Shown here one piece after another: positions 29,328 to 38,018 of a stretch of DNA of 64,000 nt (position 1 is the first letter of the stretch; each line of letters begins with the position of its first letter). This DNA is from Lachnospiraceae bacterium (lineage in GTDB: Bacteria > Bacillota > Clostridia > Lachnospirales > Lachnospiraceae): assembly GCA_015057445.1 (NCBI GenBank), contig SVEI01000004.1, positions 6,571 through 70,570 of the forward strand. Direction: 5' to 3'. The position numbers and the translations under genes were made by a program. The notes under the pieces are model-generated. The model worked only from the letters and a program-made list of their open reading frames with translations, was not told where the DNA came from and did not search any database.

Positions 29328-31622
29328 ATGGAAATACAGATGAGTAAGAGTTTTGACATGAATATGGTGGTAACTGTATTTGATGCGGATAGATCACCTT
29401 ATAAGGTTAAGTTAAGTAACGTAAATAAAGATGTGGTAACCTTCGGAAGACAGCAGGATTGTGATATAGTTCTCACTTCTGAATATGCATCGCGTATCCA
29501 TGGATGCTTTTATATGGAAAATGGACGATGCTATATAGAAGATATGAATAGTACAAACGGACTTAATGTGTTAGGCAAACAGGTTAAGTCATCAGCACTA
29601 TCAGATGGAGACTATATTCGTATAGTAAGTAGTAAAAAGGAACCTGAAAATGGGGTACTGTTTGTATTTTCTGTGTTAGAACATGCCGAGACATGGGCAT
29701 CCCTATCCTTAAGTGGAAAAGATAGTATTAGTATTGGTAGAGATATTGATAATGACATATGTCTTAATCATGTAAGTATTTCGCATAAGCATGCTTTAAT
29801 AGAAAAACGTGGTGATGGTACATACATTATAGATAATCATAGTACAAATGGTGTCTATGTAAATGGCCAGAGAATTTCTGGTAAGCGACGTTTATCTAAG
29901 AAGGACGTTATTATCATTACTAATAGTAAACTTGTCTATACAGGAGAAGAGATAGCGTTTTGTTGTCCAAGAAGTGGTATAGGTGTAGAAGCGCAGCAGT
30001 TGATTAAGAGAGTTGGAAAGAATTTAGCATTAACTATCTGTGATAATGTTACTACAACCATACAGCCTGGTGAGCTTGTGGCTATAATAGGTGGCTCTGG
30101 TGCAGGTAAATCAACATTGATGAATTGTATTAGTGGATACAGCAAACCTACATCTGGACGAGTTTTGGTTAATGAACTTAATCTGTATGAGAATTTTGAT
30201 GCCTTAAAGCACATAATTGGATATGTGCCACAGCAGGATATTGTGTACGATAATCTTACTGTATATGACATGTTAAAGTACTCTGCTCAGTTAAGACTGC
30301 CATCGGATATTTCGTCTGATGAGTTAGACAAAATTATTAATAAGGCAATTGATACAGTTGAATTAAGTCATAGAAAAGATGCTTTGGTGAAGAGTCTAAG
30401 TGGAGGACAGAAAAAGAGAACAAGTATAGCTGTTGAGCTTTTGACAGACCCTAATCTGTTCTTCTTAGACGAACCGGCATCTGGACTTGATCCAGGAACT
30501 GAGAGAAGTCTTATAAGAACTCTAAAAGGAATGACAGTAGCTGGTAAAACCGTAATATTAGTTACACATAGTACGCTTAATATGAGAGACTATGACAAGA
30601 TAATATTTATGGGTACTGGTGGAAAGCTATGCTTTAGTGGAACTTATGAAGAGGCTCTCAGATTCTTCGAAACAGATGATATTGTAAATGTATATGAGAT
30701 GATAGGTCAGCATGCTGATGAATGGCACCAAAAGTTTGTTGCCATGAATAAATCGGAGAATCATCCTACTGCATACAAAGAAAAAGATAGTAATTCAAAG
30801 AGAAGTGGGATTGTTAGACAATTTGGTGTGTTATCAAAGAGATATATGCATCTTCTTCTGAATGATAGGCAGAGAATGTTACTTCTTATGGTACAGGCAC
30901 CACTCCTTGCCTTTCTTATTTCAATAGTTGCAAATGGCAAAGAGTTTTCACAGTATGAGATGACTAAAAGCTTGCTTTTTGCACTGTCATGTTCAGCCTT
31001 CTGGATAGGCATATTAAGCTCTATACAGGAGATATGTAAAGAAAGAAATATTTTAAAACGAGAATATATGACAGGACTTTCCCTAGTGTCATATATAATG
31101 TCCAAGGTGGCAGTTTTAAGCTTACTTTGTTTAGTGCAATCAGTTCTTATAGTAACAACATTCTCATTAACAGTTGGGTTACCAGACAAGGGCGTAATAA
31201 TTGCACCATATCTTGAAGTGTTGATAACCACATTGCTTACAGCAATGGCAGCAGCTGCTATGGGTATATTTGTGTCATCACTGTTTACAAATGCAGATAG
31301 AGCGATGACTGTTGCGCCAATACTGCTTATGCCACAGATACTTTTTTCCGGTCTTATTTTCAATCTGAAAGATGCAAGTGAAGTAATATCTTACTTCGCA
31401 GTATGTAGATGGTCTATGGAGGGATACGGAACGACAGCAAATCTTAATGACTTGGAATTAAAGATGCAAGAGAAAGGATTTCCATTAGAGCATGAGCCAG
31501 AGGACTTTTTTGAATTCACATCTGAGCATTTATTTGAAGCTTGGGGAATATTGCTGTTATTTGTAGTGATTTTCTCCGTAGGAGCAGGTATTGTTCTCAG
31601 AAATATTAAAAAGAATAAGTAG
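29328..31622 (+). CDS. FHA-FHA-ABC ATPase-ABC2 permease fusion (Rv1747-like exporter)
   Basis: Two FHA domains; GGSGAGKS, LSGGQKKR, FFLDEP; 6-TM C-terminus. Confidence 0.93.
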   Translation: MEIQMSKSFDMNMVVTVFDADRSPYKVKLSNVNKDVVTFGRQQDCDIVLTSEYASRIHGCFYMENGRCYIEDMNSTNGLNVLGKQVKSSALSDGDYIRIVSSKKEPENGVLFVFSVLEHAETWASLSLSGKDSISIGRDIDNDICLNHVSISHKHALIEKRGDGTYIIDNHSTNGVYVNGQRISGKRRLSKKDVIIITNSKLVYTGEEIAFCCPRSGIGVEAQQLIKRVGKNLALTICDNVTTTIQPGELVAIIGGSGAGKSTLMNCISGYSKPTSGRVLVNELNLYENFDALKHIIGYVPQQDIVYDNLTVYDMLKYSAQLRLPSDISSDELDKIINKAIDTVELSHRKDALVKSLSGGQKKRTSIAVELLTDPNLFFLDEPASGLDPGTERSLIRTLKGMTVAGKTVILVTHSTLNMRDYDKIIFMGTGGKLCFSGTYEEALRFFETDDIVNVYEMIGQHADEWHQKFVAMNKSENHPTAYKEKDSNSKRSGIVRQFGVLSKRYMHLLLNDRQRMLLLMVQAPLLAFLISIVANGKEFSQYEMTKSLLFALSCSAFWIGILSSIQEICKERNILKREYMTGLSLVSYIMSKVAVLSLLCLVQSVLIVTTFSLTVGLPDKGVIIAPYLEVLITTLLTAMAAAAMGIFVSSLFTNADRAMTVAPILLMPQILFSGLIFNLKDASEVISYFAVCRWSMEGYGTTANLNDLELKMQEKGFPLEHEPEDFFEFTSEHLFEAWGILLLFVVIFSVGAGIVLRNIKKNK

Positions 31623-31649
31623 ATTACACTTTAGATAAGAGGTGAAGGT

Positions 31650-32342
31650 ATGCAGGTTATAGTAAGAGATGGATATAAAGAAGCTTTTACAGTAGAATTA
31701 GAGAGCTTTGGCAAGGATGTTGTAAGCTTTGGAAGACATCCTGAAAGTGATATTGTTTTGACATCAAGTATAGTTTCCAGAGTTCATGGGTGTTTTTATT
31801 TGGATAACGGTGTGTGGCACATTAAGGATTTAAATAGCACCAATGGAATAAAGTACAATAATGATAAGATTCAGGATATATTAATAAGTGTTGGAGATGC
31901 TGCAAGAATAACTTCTGCTATGGGACACGGAGATATGGTGGAATTTAGATTTAGACAAGGAACTCCACAGAAAGTATACAATGTATCCCCAGCCAAAAGT
32001 GTAAATAATAACTATACTCCACCAGCAGATAATGAATCTTCTGAAGAAGAACTTCAGGTATTAAAAGAGCCTAAGAAGGTTATGGGAATAGTTCCTAAAA
32101 AATATGTTGAAAGGGACAAAGGAGATGGTTTTTTAAAGTGTCCACGTTGTGGGAATCCAAATGTTCAGATTATACAGGAAACCAGTACATCAGGAAAAGA
32201 TTTTCATGCTTCTTCTAGTTGTTGTGGATGGATATTTTTAGGTCCAATAGGTTTGTTATGTGGTCATTGTGGTAAAGGAAAACAGATGAAAACTACATCA
32301 TACTGGATATGCAACAGATGTGGTAATAAGTTTAAGGTTTAG
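31650..32342 (+). CDS. FHA protein with C-terminal split Zn ribbon enclosing a hydrophobic hairpin
   Basis: SFGRHP..VSRVH..DLNSTNG; CPRCG..CCGWIFLGPIGLLCG..CNRCG. Confidence 0.85.
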   Translation: MQVIVRDGYKEAFTVELESFGKDVVSFGRHPESDIVLTSSIVSRVHGCFYLDNGVWHIKDLNSTNGIKYNNDKIQDILISVGDAARITSAMGHGDMVEFRFRQGTPQKVYNVSPAKSVNNNYTPPADNESSEEELQVLKEPKKVMGIVPKKYVERDKGDGFLKCPRCGNPNVQIIQETSTSGKDFHASSSCCGWIFLGPIGLLCGHCGKGKQMKTTSYWICNRCGNKFKV

Positions 32343-32344
32343 TT

Positions 32345-32728
32345 ATGAGTGATAAGCGTTGGTATAAATTAATGGAGTTAGGAAGAAGGCTAGGGTGTCA
32401 TCAGATGCCGGAAAGAAGTTTTTTTCGAGATGGTTATCAATTTCCTGTTTGTGCCAGATGCACGGGAGTTATACTGTCATCAATTTTAGCAATTCCGGTG
32501 TATTTAATTATTAAAATACCTAAAATGTTATGTGTTATGATGATGGGAATTATGTTTGGTGATTGGTATGTACAGCATATAAATATACAGGAATCCAACA
32601 ATCGTAGAAGATATATTACTGGTATTATAGGTGGATTTGGATATATGACTGTAATACTAAGTTTATATTCGTATGTGTATAAAAAAATTAGTGTCTATAT
32701 ATCAAGTAAATTTAGAGGTGATGAGTGA
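32345..32728 (+). CDS. DUF2085-like small membrane protein
   Basis: CHQMPERSF..QFPVCARCTG motif plus TM helices. Confidence 0.75.
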   Translation: MSDKRWYKLMELGRRLGCHQMPERSFFRDGYQFPVCARCTGVILSSILAIPVYLIIKIPKMLCVMMMGIMFGDWYVQHINIQESNNRRRYITGIIGGFGYMTVILSLYSYVYKKISVYISSKFRGDE

Positions 32729-33660
32729 TGGATATTAAGAAATGTAATAAGGGACATTTTTATAATGCAAGTAAATTTTCGGAGTGTCCACATTGTAAGG
32801 AGGAACAGGGAGTAGGCCAAAGCGATATGTTGGTTGGCGGGACTGATATGACAATACTTGTTCCACATCCACCAGTACAAATAGGTAAAAAAAGAAATGA
32901 CGATTTACCACCAACAGTAGCTTATGTTGACCCTGATGAGAAAATAAATCCTTATGCGCAACGTGCTGTGCAGAGCTTACCGCCCACTGGAGAACAGCCA
33001 ACATTTGTCAAGGGAAAAGATTCATCGTTGGCGGAAACAATAAAACAGGCATATGAGCAAAATGATTTGCAAAGTAAAGGTATGGTTGTTGGATGGCTTG
33101 TAGGTGTTGGAGGTCCTAAGTATGGAAGGGTGCATACTTTGTATACTAGTGATACTACAGTAGAAAATGTAGTAATAAGCTTTGACATGTACAGTAAGCT
33201 GTTTGTGCTTAATTTTACTCTTTCGAAAAACGATGTAATGATTAATGGCCGTAGCGTAGTAGAGAATGAATATATAAACTATATGGATAGAATTTTTATT
33301 AATGGCACGGATTATATGTTGGTTACTTTGTGTAAAGATGGGTTTTCCTGGTGGCAGACTAGTGCGCCTTCAAGACCGGAACAGCAAAGCTACAATACTC
33401 AAAATCAAAGAACAGATGTTTATTCAAATAACGCCTATGGACAGGAGTCACAGAAACCTTCTGAAAAACTGAAATTTACATTTGTGGACAATAATTATAA
33501 TGCATCATTTATTAACGCACAGATGAATGAAGTCCAAGATGATGATCCGGCTACAAGTGTTCTGGTATCAAATACTTGGAGATGTTTAAGTTGTAATGCT
33601 GCGAATTCAGAGATGGTAAGCATATGTAGGCTATGCGAAACTCCTAGATGGGGTGAATAA
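32728..33660 (+). CDS. Zn-finger + degenerate FHA + RanBP2-type Zn finger protein
   Basis: KCNKGHFYN..CPHC; VVGWLVGVGGP; WRCLSCNAANSEMVSICRLC; TGATG coupling to upstream gene. Confidence 0.8.
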   Translation: MDIKKCNKGHFYNASKFSECPHCKEEQGVGQSDMLVGGTDMTILVPHPPVQIGKKRNDDLPPTVAYVDPDEKINPYAQRAVQSLPPTGEQPTFVKGKDSSLAETIKQAYEQNDLQSKGMVVGWLVGVGGPKYGRVHTLYTSDTTVENVVISFDMYSKLFVLNFTLSKNDVMINGRSVVENEYINYMDRIFINGTDYMLVTLCKDGFSWWQTSAPSRPEQQSYNTQNQRTDVYSNNAYGQESQKPSEKLKFTFVDNNYNASFINAQMNEVQDDDPATSVLVSNTWRCLSCNAANSEMVSICRLCETPRWGE

Positions 33661-33681
33661 AAATATACGTTAGGATAAGGG

Positions 33682-35454
33682 GTGGAAAGTATGATAGTCA
33701 GGGTAAATGAAAACGGAAATACAAAGGAAGTTGACTTAAACTCATTTGGCAAAGATGTTGTTAGTTTTGGCCGATTGCCAAGTTGTGATATTGTTCTTAA
33801 GTCAGATAGAATATCTAGAATTCATGGTGCTTTCTATTTTGATAAGGGTGTATGGATTATAGAAGATATAAAGAGTAGAAATGGTATTACCATGGATGGT
33901 GGAAAGGTAAAAAGAGCTACTGCCAAGGTGGGAAGAGAATTTATTCTTTATGATAGCAAGGATAATGGAAAAGTATCTATTACCATTCTTCAATCATCTT
34001 CAGAGGATCAAAAACCTAATAATAAAGTTGAAAAAATTAAACCTGTTAAGGTTGTGAATATAGATAAGAAAATAAGTAACGATGATACTGAAAATTTGGT
34101 TGAAAAACCTAAGAAAAACAAGAAAAAGCGTAATATAATAATAGGTTTTGTTGCAGCAGTTTTGTTGATTACTGTGGTTGTAGTAATATTGCTTAATGTA
34201 AAGATAATGTCCAAGGAGGAAAAGGCATATTATAGGTATTTGGCAGACTTAGTTGAGGAAGCAGATGACGCATCAGAGGTTAATATAATTCTTGAGGAAA
34301 GTCAGCAGAACGTGCATTATAATTATTATGCAATAGCTGATTTTGATGGAGATAAGACTGATGAGTTATTTATCTTAAAAGAAATTCATAGTGGGTTTTC
34401 AAAAGACTCTGTTGGTGAATTCTATGAGTACGTAGATGGTGAAGTAGAATTTGAAAATAGTTTTGCTATGGGCAGTGATAAGTATCCTTTTACCTTTTAT
34501 AATAATGGTGTTGTAAAGGCTGGAAACTTTGAGGACAACATAGAAATATGTTATGCAGGCGTGCACAAGGGATATTTGGAGGATATTGGTTTTCTTCCTT
34601 TTGAAGGAGCTAGAGGAGAAACATTTAATTCATATGATGGTGCTATATGTATAGAGAGTGACGATGATTATAATGACGGAGTTATATATTACATATGGAA
34701 TGATCAATGGGATGAGATGACAAGAATGACAGATTCGGAATATATAGATATATTTGAGTTTGATGCAGATGTAGTGGATGTTGAAATATGTGAATTTGAC
34801 ATTGAAGATATTGCTGGTAAAAATAAAATTGATGTAGAGGAATATGCAGTATATAGTGAGATAGACCATACAGATGAGTTTGTAGCAGATGATATGTATG
34901 GAAATATGGATATAACCTACGGAGCTTGGAGTATTTCAGCGCGTGACGACGGCACAGCAAGTATATTTGAATATAACGGTCCACAAAGAGAGGTAGAAAT
35001 ACCTGTAGAATTAGGCGGTTACAAGATATCAAACGTTGGTGGAATGGACGTTGTGTATTTAGAAAAAGTAACAATTCCAGAGGGGATTAAAGGTATATAT
35101 AGTGAAGCATTTGAAGGATGCAAATATTTAACTTCAGTTACTATTCCTGGAAGTGTAGAGATAATCGGAATGGAAGCATTTAACAGATGTGATAATCTGG
35201 AAAATGTTGTGGTTTCTGAGGGTGTGAAAGTCATAGATGGTTATGCTTTTGCTGGATGTGACAACTTGACAGTAGAATTACCTGAAAGTCTAGAAAGACT
35301 TCATGAAAATTCCATAGGATATAATCTAGTATACGATGATGCAGCAGAGAAATATAAGCATCAAAAGGCAGGTGATTGCACAATCATCGGAGTAAAAGGT
35401 ACCATTGCTGAGGATTATGCAATTGATAATAATTTTGAATTTGAAGAAAAATAG
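33682..35454 (+). CDS. FHA-TM protein with extracellular DxDxD-loop domain and BspA-type LRR (LRR_5)
   Basis: SFGRLP..ISRIH..SRNG; TM; ADFDGDKTDELFI; VTIPEGIKGIYSEAFEGCKYLTSVTIP repeats. Confidence 0.88.
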   Translation: MESMIVRVNENGNTKEVDLNSFGKDVVSFGRLPSCDIVLKSDRISRIHGAFYFDKGVWIIEDIKSRNGITMDGGKVKRATAKVGREFILYDSKDNGKVSITILQSSSEDQKPNNKVEKIKPVKVVNIDKKISNDDTENLVEKPKKNKKKRNIIIGFVAAVLLITVVVVILLNVKIMSKEEKAYYRYLADLVEEADDASEVNIILEESQQNVHYNYYAIADFDGDKTDELFILKEIHSGFSKDSVGEFYEYVDGEVEFENSFAMGSDKYPFTFYNNGVVKAGNFEDNIEICYAGVHKGYLEDIGFLPFEGARGETFNSYDGAICIESDDDYNDGVIYYIWNDQWDEMTRMTDSEYIDIFEFDADVVDVEICEFDIEDIAGKNKIDVEEYAVYSEIDHTDEFVADDMYGNMDITYGAWSISARDDGTASIFEYNGPQREVEIPVELGGYKISNVGGMDVVYLEKVTIPEGIKGIYSEAFEGCKYLTSVTIPGSVEIIGMEAFNRCDNLENVVVSEGVKVIDGYAFAGCDNLTVELPESLERLHENSIGYNLVYDDAAEKYKHQKAGDCTIIGVKGTIAEDYAIDNNFEFEEK

Positions 35455-35480
35455 AATACAATAAAATAATAGAATGTAGT

Positions 35481-35519
35481 AAAAAATCTACCATTAATTT
35501 TAAATGGTAGATTTTTTTT
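35481..35519 (+). terminator. Intrinsic terminator
   Basis: AAAAAATCTACCATT..AATGGTAGATTTTTTT. Confidence 0.85.
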
Positions 35520-35528
35520 GAATTTTTT

Positions 35529-35589
35529 TTGCAATAAAAGATGCATAAAATGCAATATCGAAAAAAAAGCCTAAATTTCGTTGTAATAT
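35529..35589 (+). promoter_or_regulatory. TGCA-type 21-bp box plus -10
   Basis: TTGCA 35529, ATGCA 35541, ATGCA 35550, TAATAT 35584. Confidence 0.6.
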
Positions 35590-35643
35590 ATAGGGGTGTC
35601 TAAATATGGGGAGATGCAACTACTAGGTTACGGAGGGTACACG

Positions 35644-36354
35644 ATGATAATTGTTATTTGTGATGATAACATTGAGACAGCAAAGAGGACTCAAGGTGTA
35701 TTAAAGAAGTTTGGGCTTGACAAAAGTAGTGAAATACAAATTAAATCGCCACAGGATGTGTATGTGGCTGTGGAGGAAGAGTTATTCAAATGTGATATAT
35801 TTATTACAGAGATCGACTTTGTTGAAAAATCTTTCAATGGAATAAAACTTGTTGGTATGATTAACGAGAAAATGCCAGCCTGTCAGGTTATTTATATGAC
35901 AGGTAAATTAGAGTATGCAAGTTTAGTGTATGAGACAAAGCATTGTTATTTTCTTTTAAAGGATAGTCCAGATGATATGCTTATAAAAGCAGTAAAAAAA
36001 GGCTCGGATGTTTATAAGAATAAAACAGAGAATAATATTATCGAATTTTTAAGCAATGGTCATAAGGTGTTTATCTCTCAAAGTGAGATTATGTATTTAG
36101 AAAGAGATGACAGATTATTAAATATACATACTGTCAGAAGAGAGTATCCTTGTTATAGTTCCTTAAGAAAGGTAGAGGAACGACTGGTAGATAGCTTTGC
36201 AAGATGTCATGGTGGTTATATAGTGAATCTAATGCATGTAGCTGGAATGGAACCTGGAGAGGTACATTTAAAGAATGGGAAAACATTACCTATTGGTAAG
36301 AGATTCTTTAACGATTTTAAGGATAAATATCTGCAGTTTTTTGAAGATGAATAA
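35644..36354 (+). CDS. LytTR regulator with Asp-to-Glu at the phosphoacceptor (paralog of 9356)
   Basis: PQDVYVAVEEELFKCDIFITEI vs PQDVMIAVEEDLFKCDILVMDI; FARCHGGYIVNL; GGAGGG RBS. Confidence 0.9.
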   Translation: MIIVICDDNIETAKRTQGVLKKFGLDKSSEIQIKSPQDVYVAVEEELFKCDIFITEIDFVEKSFNGIKLVGMINEKMPACQVIYMTGKLEYASLVYETKHCYFLLKDSPDDMLIKAVKKGSDVYKNKTENNIIEFLSNGHKVFISQSEIMYLERDDRLLNIHTVRREYPCYSSLRKVEERLVDSFARCHGGYIVNLMHVAGMEPGEVHLKNGKTLPIGKRFFNDFKDKYLQFFEDE

Positions 36355-36413
36355 TTTATTATTATAAAAATTGATTCGAAATGTAATTTTTGTTTAAATT
36401 GTTTTGTTATTTT

Positions 36414-36473
36414 TTACATTCTTTTTTGCAAAAATTACATTTCGATTTTTTTGTAAAGAAAATACATTATTAT
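36414..36473 (+). promoter_or_regulatory. TTACA-N16-TTACA box plus TATTAT
   Basis: TTACA 36414 and 36435, TTGCA at +12, TATTAT 36468. Confidence 0.7.
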
Positions 36474-36516
36474 ACACATATATTAATCATAAATAATTTT
36501 GTAAGGGTGATAGTTT

Positions 36517-37245
36517 ATGAAAATTGGTATATGTGGAAATGCAAATAAAATAAAGTCAGCACTTCACAAGTTAAGTCTGTCAGAGCTAGTTAGTGCAAAA
36601 ATATGCAATTATATTCCAGAGGAATTGCTTCTAGATATTGAAGAAGGTTTTTTTGATTGTGAGATAATGTTTATGGATATAGCATTGACAGAATTTGGGG
36701 TGAGAGATGTTACTGGAATTGATTTAGCAAAGAAAATAAATCAATGTTGTCCGAGGTGCCAAATTGTATATATATCGGATGGTAATGAGTACATAGATGA
36801 TATATACGATACGAAGCACGTTTACCTAATGTCAAGAGAAAACATTGATGATAAGATGCAAAAGGCGTGGGAAAGGGCTATGAGAACCTTGACTAGTGTT
36901 ATGGATAAGGATGTAATTGAAATAAGAAGTTCTGGATGTAGAAATTACTTGCACAGAGACCAAATCCTATATATTGAGAGAGACGGTAGAAGGATATTGG
37001 TGGTAACTCCAAATAATAAGTACTATTGTTATGAATCTATCAAAGAAATCAAAAATAAATTAGATGAGCGAATGATACAAATTCATGGTGGGGGAATTGT
37101 GAATTTGGGGTATATTACTTACCTTGGTAAAGGAATAGCAGAACTTTCCTGCCAGGGTATCGAGAAGGTCTTCCCGGTGGGAAGAACCTTCTTGAAAACC
37201 GCAAGAGAAGCTTATTATAACTATTGGAAAAAAGATAGTGGCTAA
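36517..37245 (+). CDS. LytTR regulator with atypical receiver
   Basis: IGICGN (no DD), IMFMDI, LMSRE (no Lys), ILYIERDGR, IQIHGGGIVNL, PVGR. Confidence 0.85.
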   Translation: MKIGICGNANKIKSALHKLSLSELVSAKICNYIPEELLLDIEEGFFDCEIMFMDIALTEFGVRDVTGIDLAKKINQCCPRCQIVYISDGNEYIDDIYDTKHVYLMSRENIDDKMQKAWERAMRTLTSVMDKDVIEIRSSGCRNYLHRDQILYIERDGRRILVVTPNNKYYCYESIKEIKNKLDERMIQIHGGGIVNLGYITYLGKGIAELSCQGIEKVFPVGRTFLKTAREAYYNYWKKDSG

Positions 37246-37252
37246 TATAAAC

Positions 37253-37300
37253 AAAAAATGGTATAACTATACTATATAGTTGTACCATTTTTTTTTTTTT
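37253..37300 (+). terminator. Intrinsic terminator
   Basis: AAAAAATGGTATAACTATA..TATAGTTGTACCATTTTT with T13. Confidence 0.75.
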
Positions 37301-37328
37301 CAATTATAGATAAAAAGGAGACTAGATA

Positions 37329-38000
37329 GTGTACATAGGAATATGTGATGACAATAAAAATGATTTGTCGCTTATCAAAAATATTATATCCAATACTCTT
37401 TTTGATGTGGAAGATGTAAATATCATAACTTATTGCACAGGTCAGGAAGTGATAGACCATATAGAAAAAGGTGGTTTTGCGTGTGATATTTTGTATCTGG
37501 ATATATTTATGACTCCTGTTGATGGAATGGCAGTTGCAGAGTATATAAGAGATAATGATGTGGATGTTGATATAATATTTGTTACTAATTCAACAGAGCA
37601 TGTATATGAGGGATACCTGTATAAAGCTTTTGCATACATTTTAAAGGATTCGATGAATGACAAATTACCAGATGCTACACTTAGATATATGAAAGAAATA
37701 TCTACTGCAGAAGAGTATTTAAATATTACTTCAGAAGGAGCAGTAAAAAGGATTCCAATATCCAAGATTGTGTATATCGAAAGTGATGCTAGAAAATTAA
37801 TTCTTCATATGAAGAACGACACAGTAAGCTTTTATGGAAAGCTTTCCGAAATCGAGGAGATGCTCAAAGATAATGATTTTAAAAGAATACATCAAAGTTA
37901 TTTGGTAAAGAATAGCGCGGTTACAAAGTATACGAAAGCGTCCGTGTTTATTGGAGATTTAGTGTTGCCAGTAAGTCGAAAGTATGCCGCTTTGTTATAG
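37329..38000 (+). CDS. LytTR-family response regulator (paralog of 20311)
   Basis: IGICDD, ILYLDIFM, VDVDIIFVT, FKRIHQSYLV, PVSRKY; GTG start with AAGGAG. Confidence 0.92.
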   Translation: MYIGICDDNKNDLSLIKNIISNTLFDVEDVNIITYCTGQEVIDHIEKGGFACDILYLDIFMTPVDGMAVAEYIRDNDVDVDIIFVTNSTEHVYEGYLYKAFAYILKDSMNDKLPDATLRYMKEISTAEEYLNITSEGAVKRIPISKIVYIESDARKLILHMKNDTVSFYGKLSEIEEMLKDNDFKRIHQSYLVKNSAVTKYTKASVFIGDLVLPVSRKYAALL

Positions 38001-38018
38001 TTATGTGGAGGGAATTTA

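Noticed and set aside
13390-35454. T6SS/T7SS assignment based on kinase, PP2C, FHA and vWA content
   Set aside because: No Tss core genes, FtsK/EssC ATPase or WXG100 proteins were recognised in the window.
37288-37300. T13 homopolymer as a phase-variation switch
   Set aside because: It is explained as the U-tract of an intrinsic terminator; it is not in a CDS or an identifiable promoter spacer.
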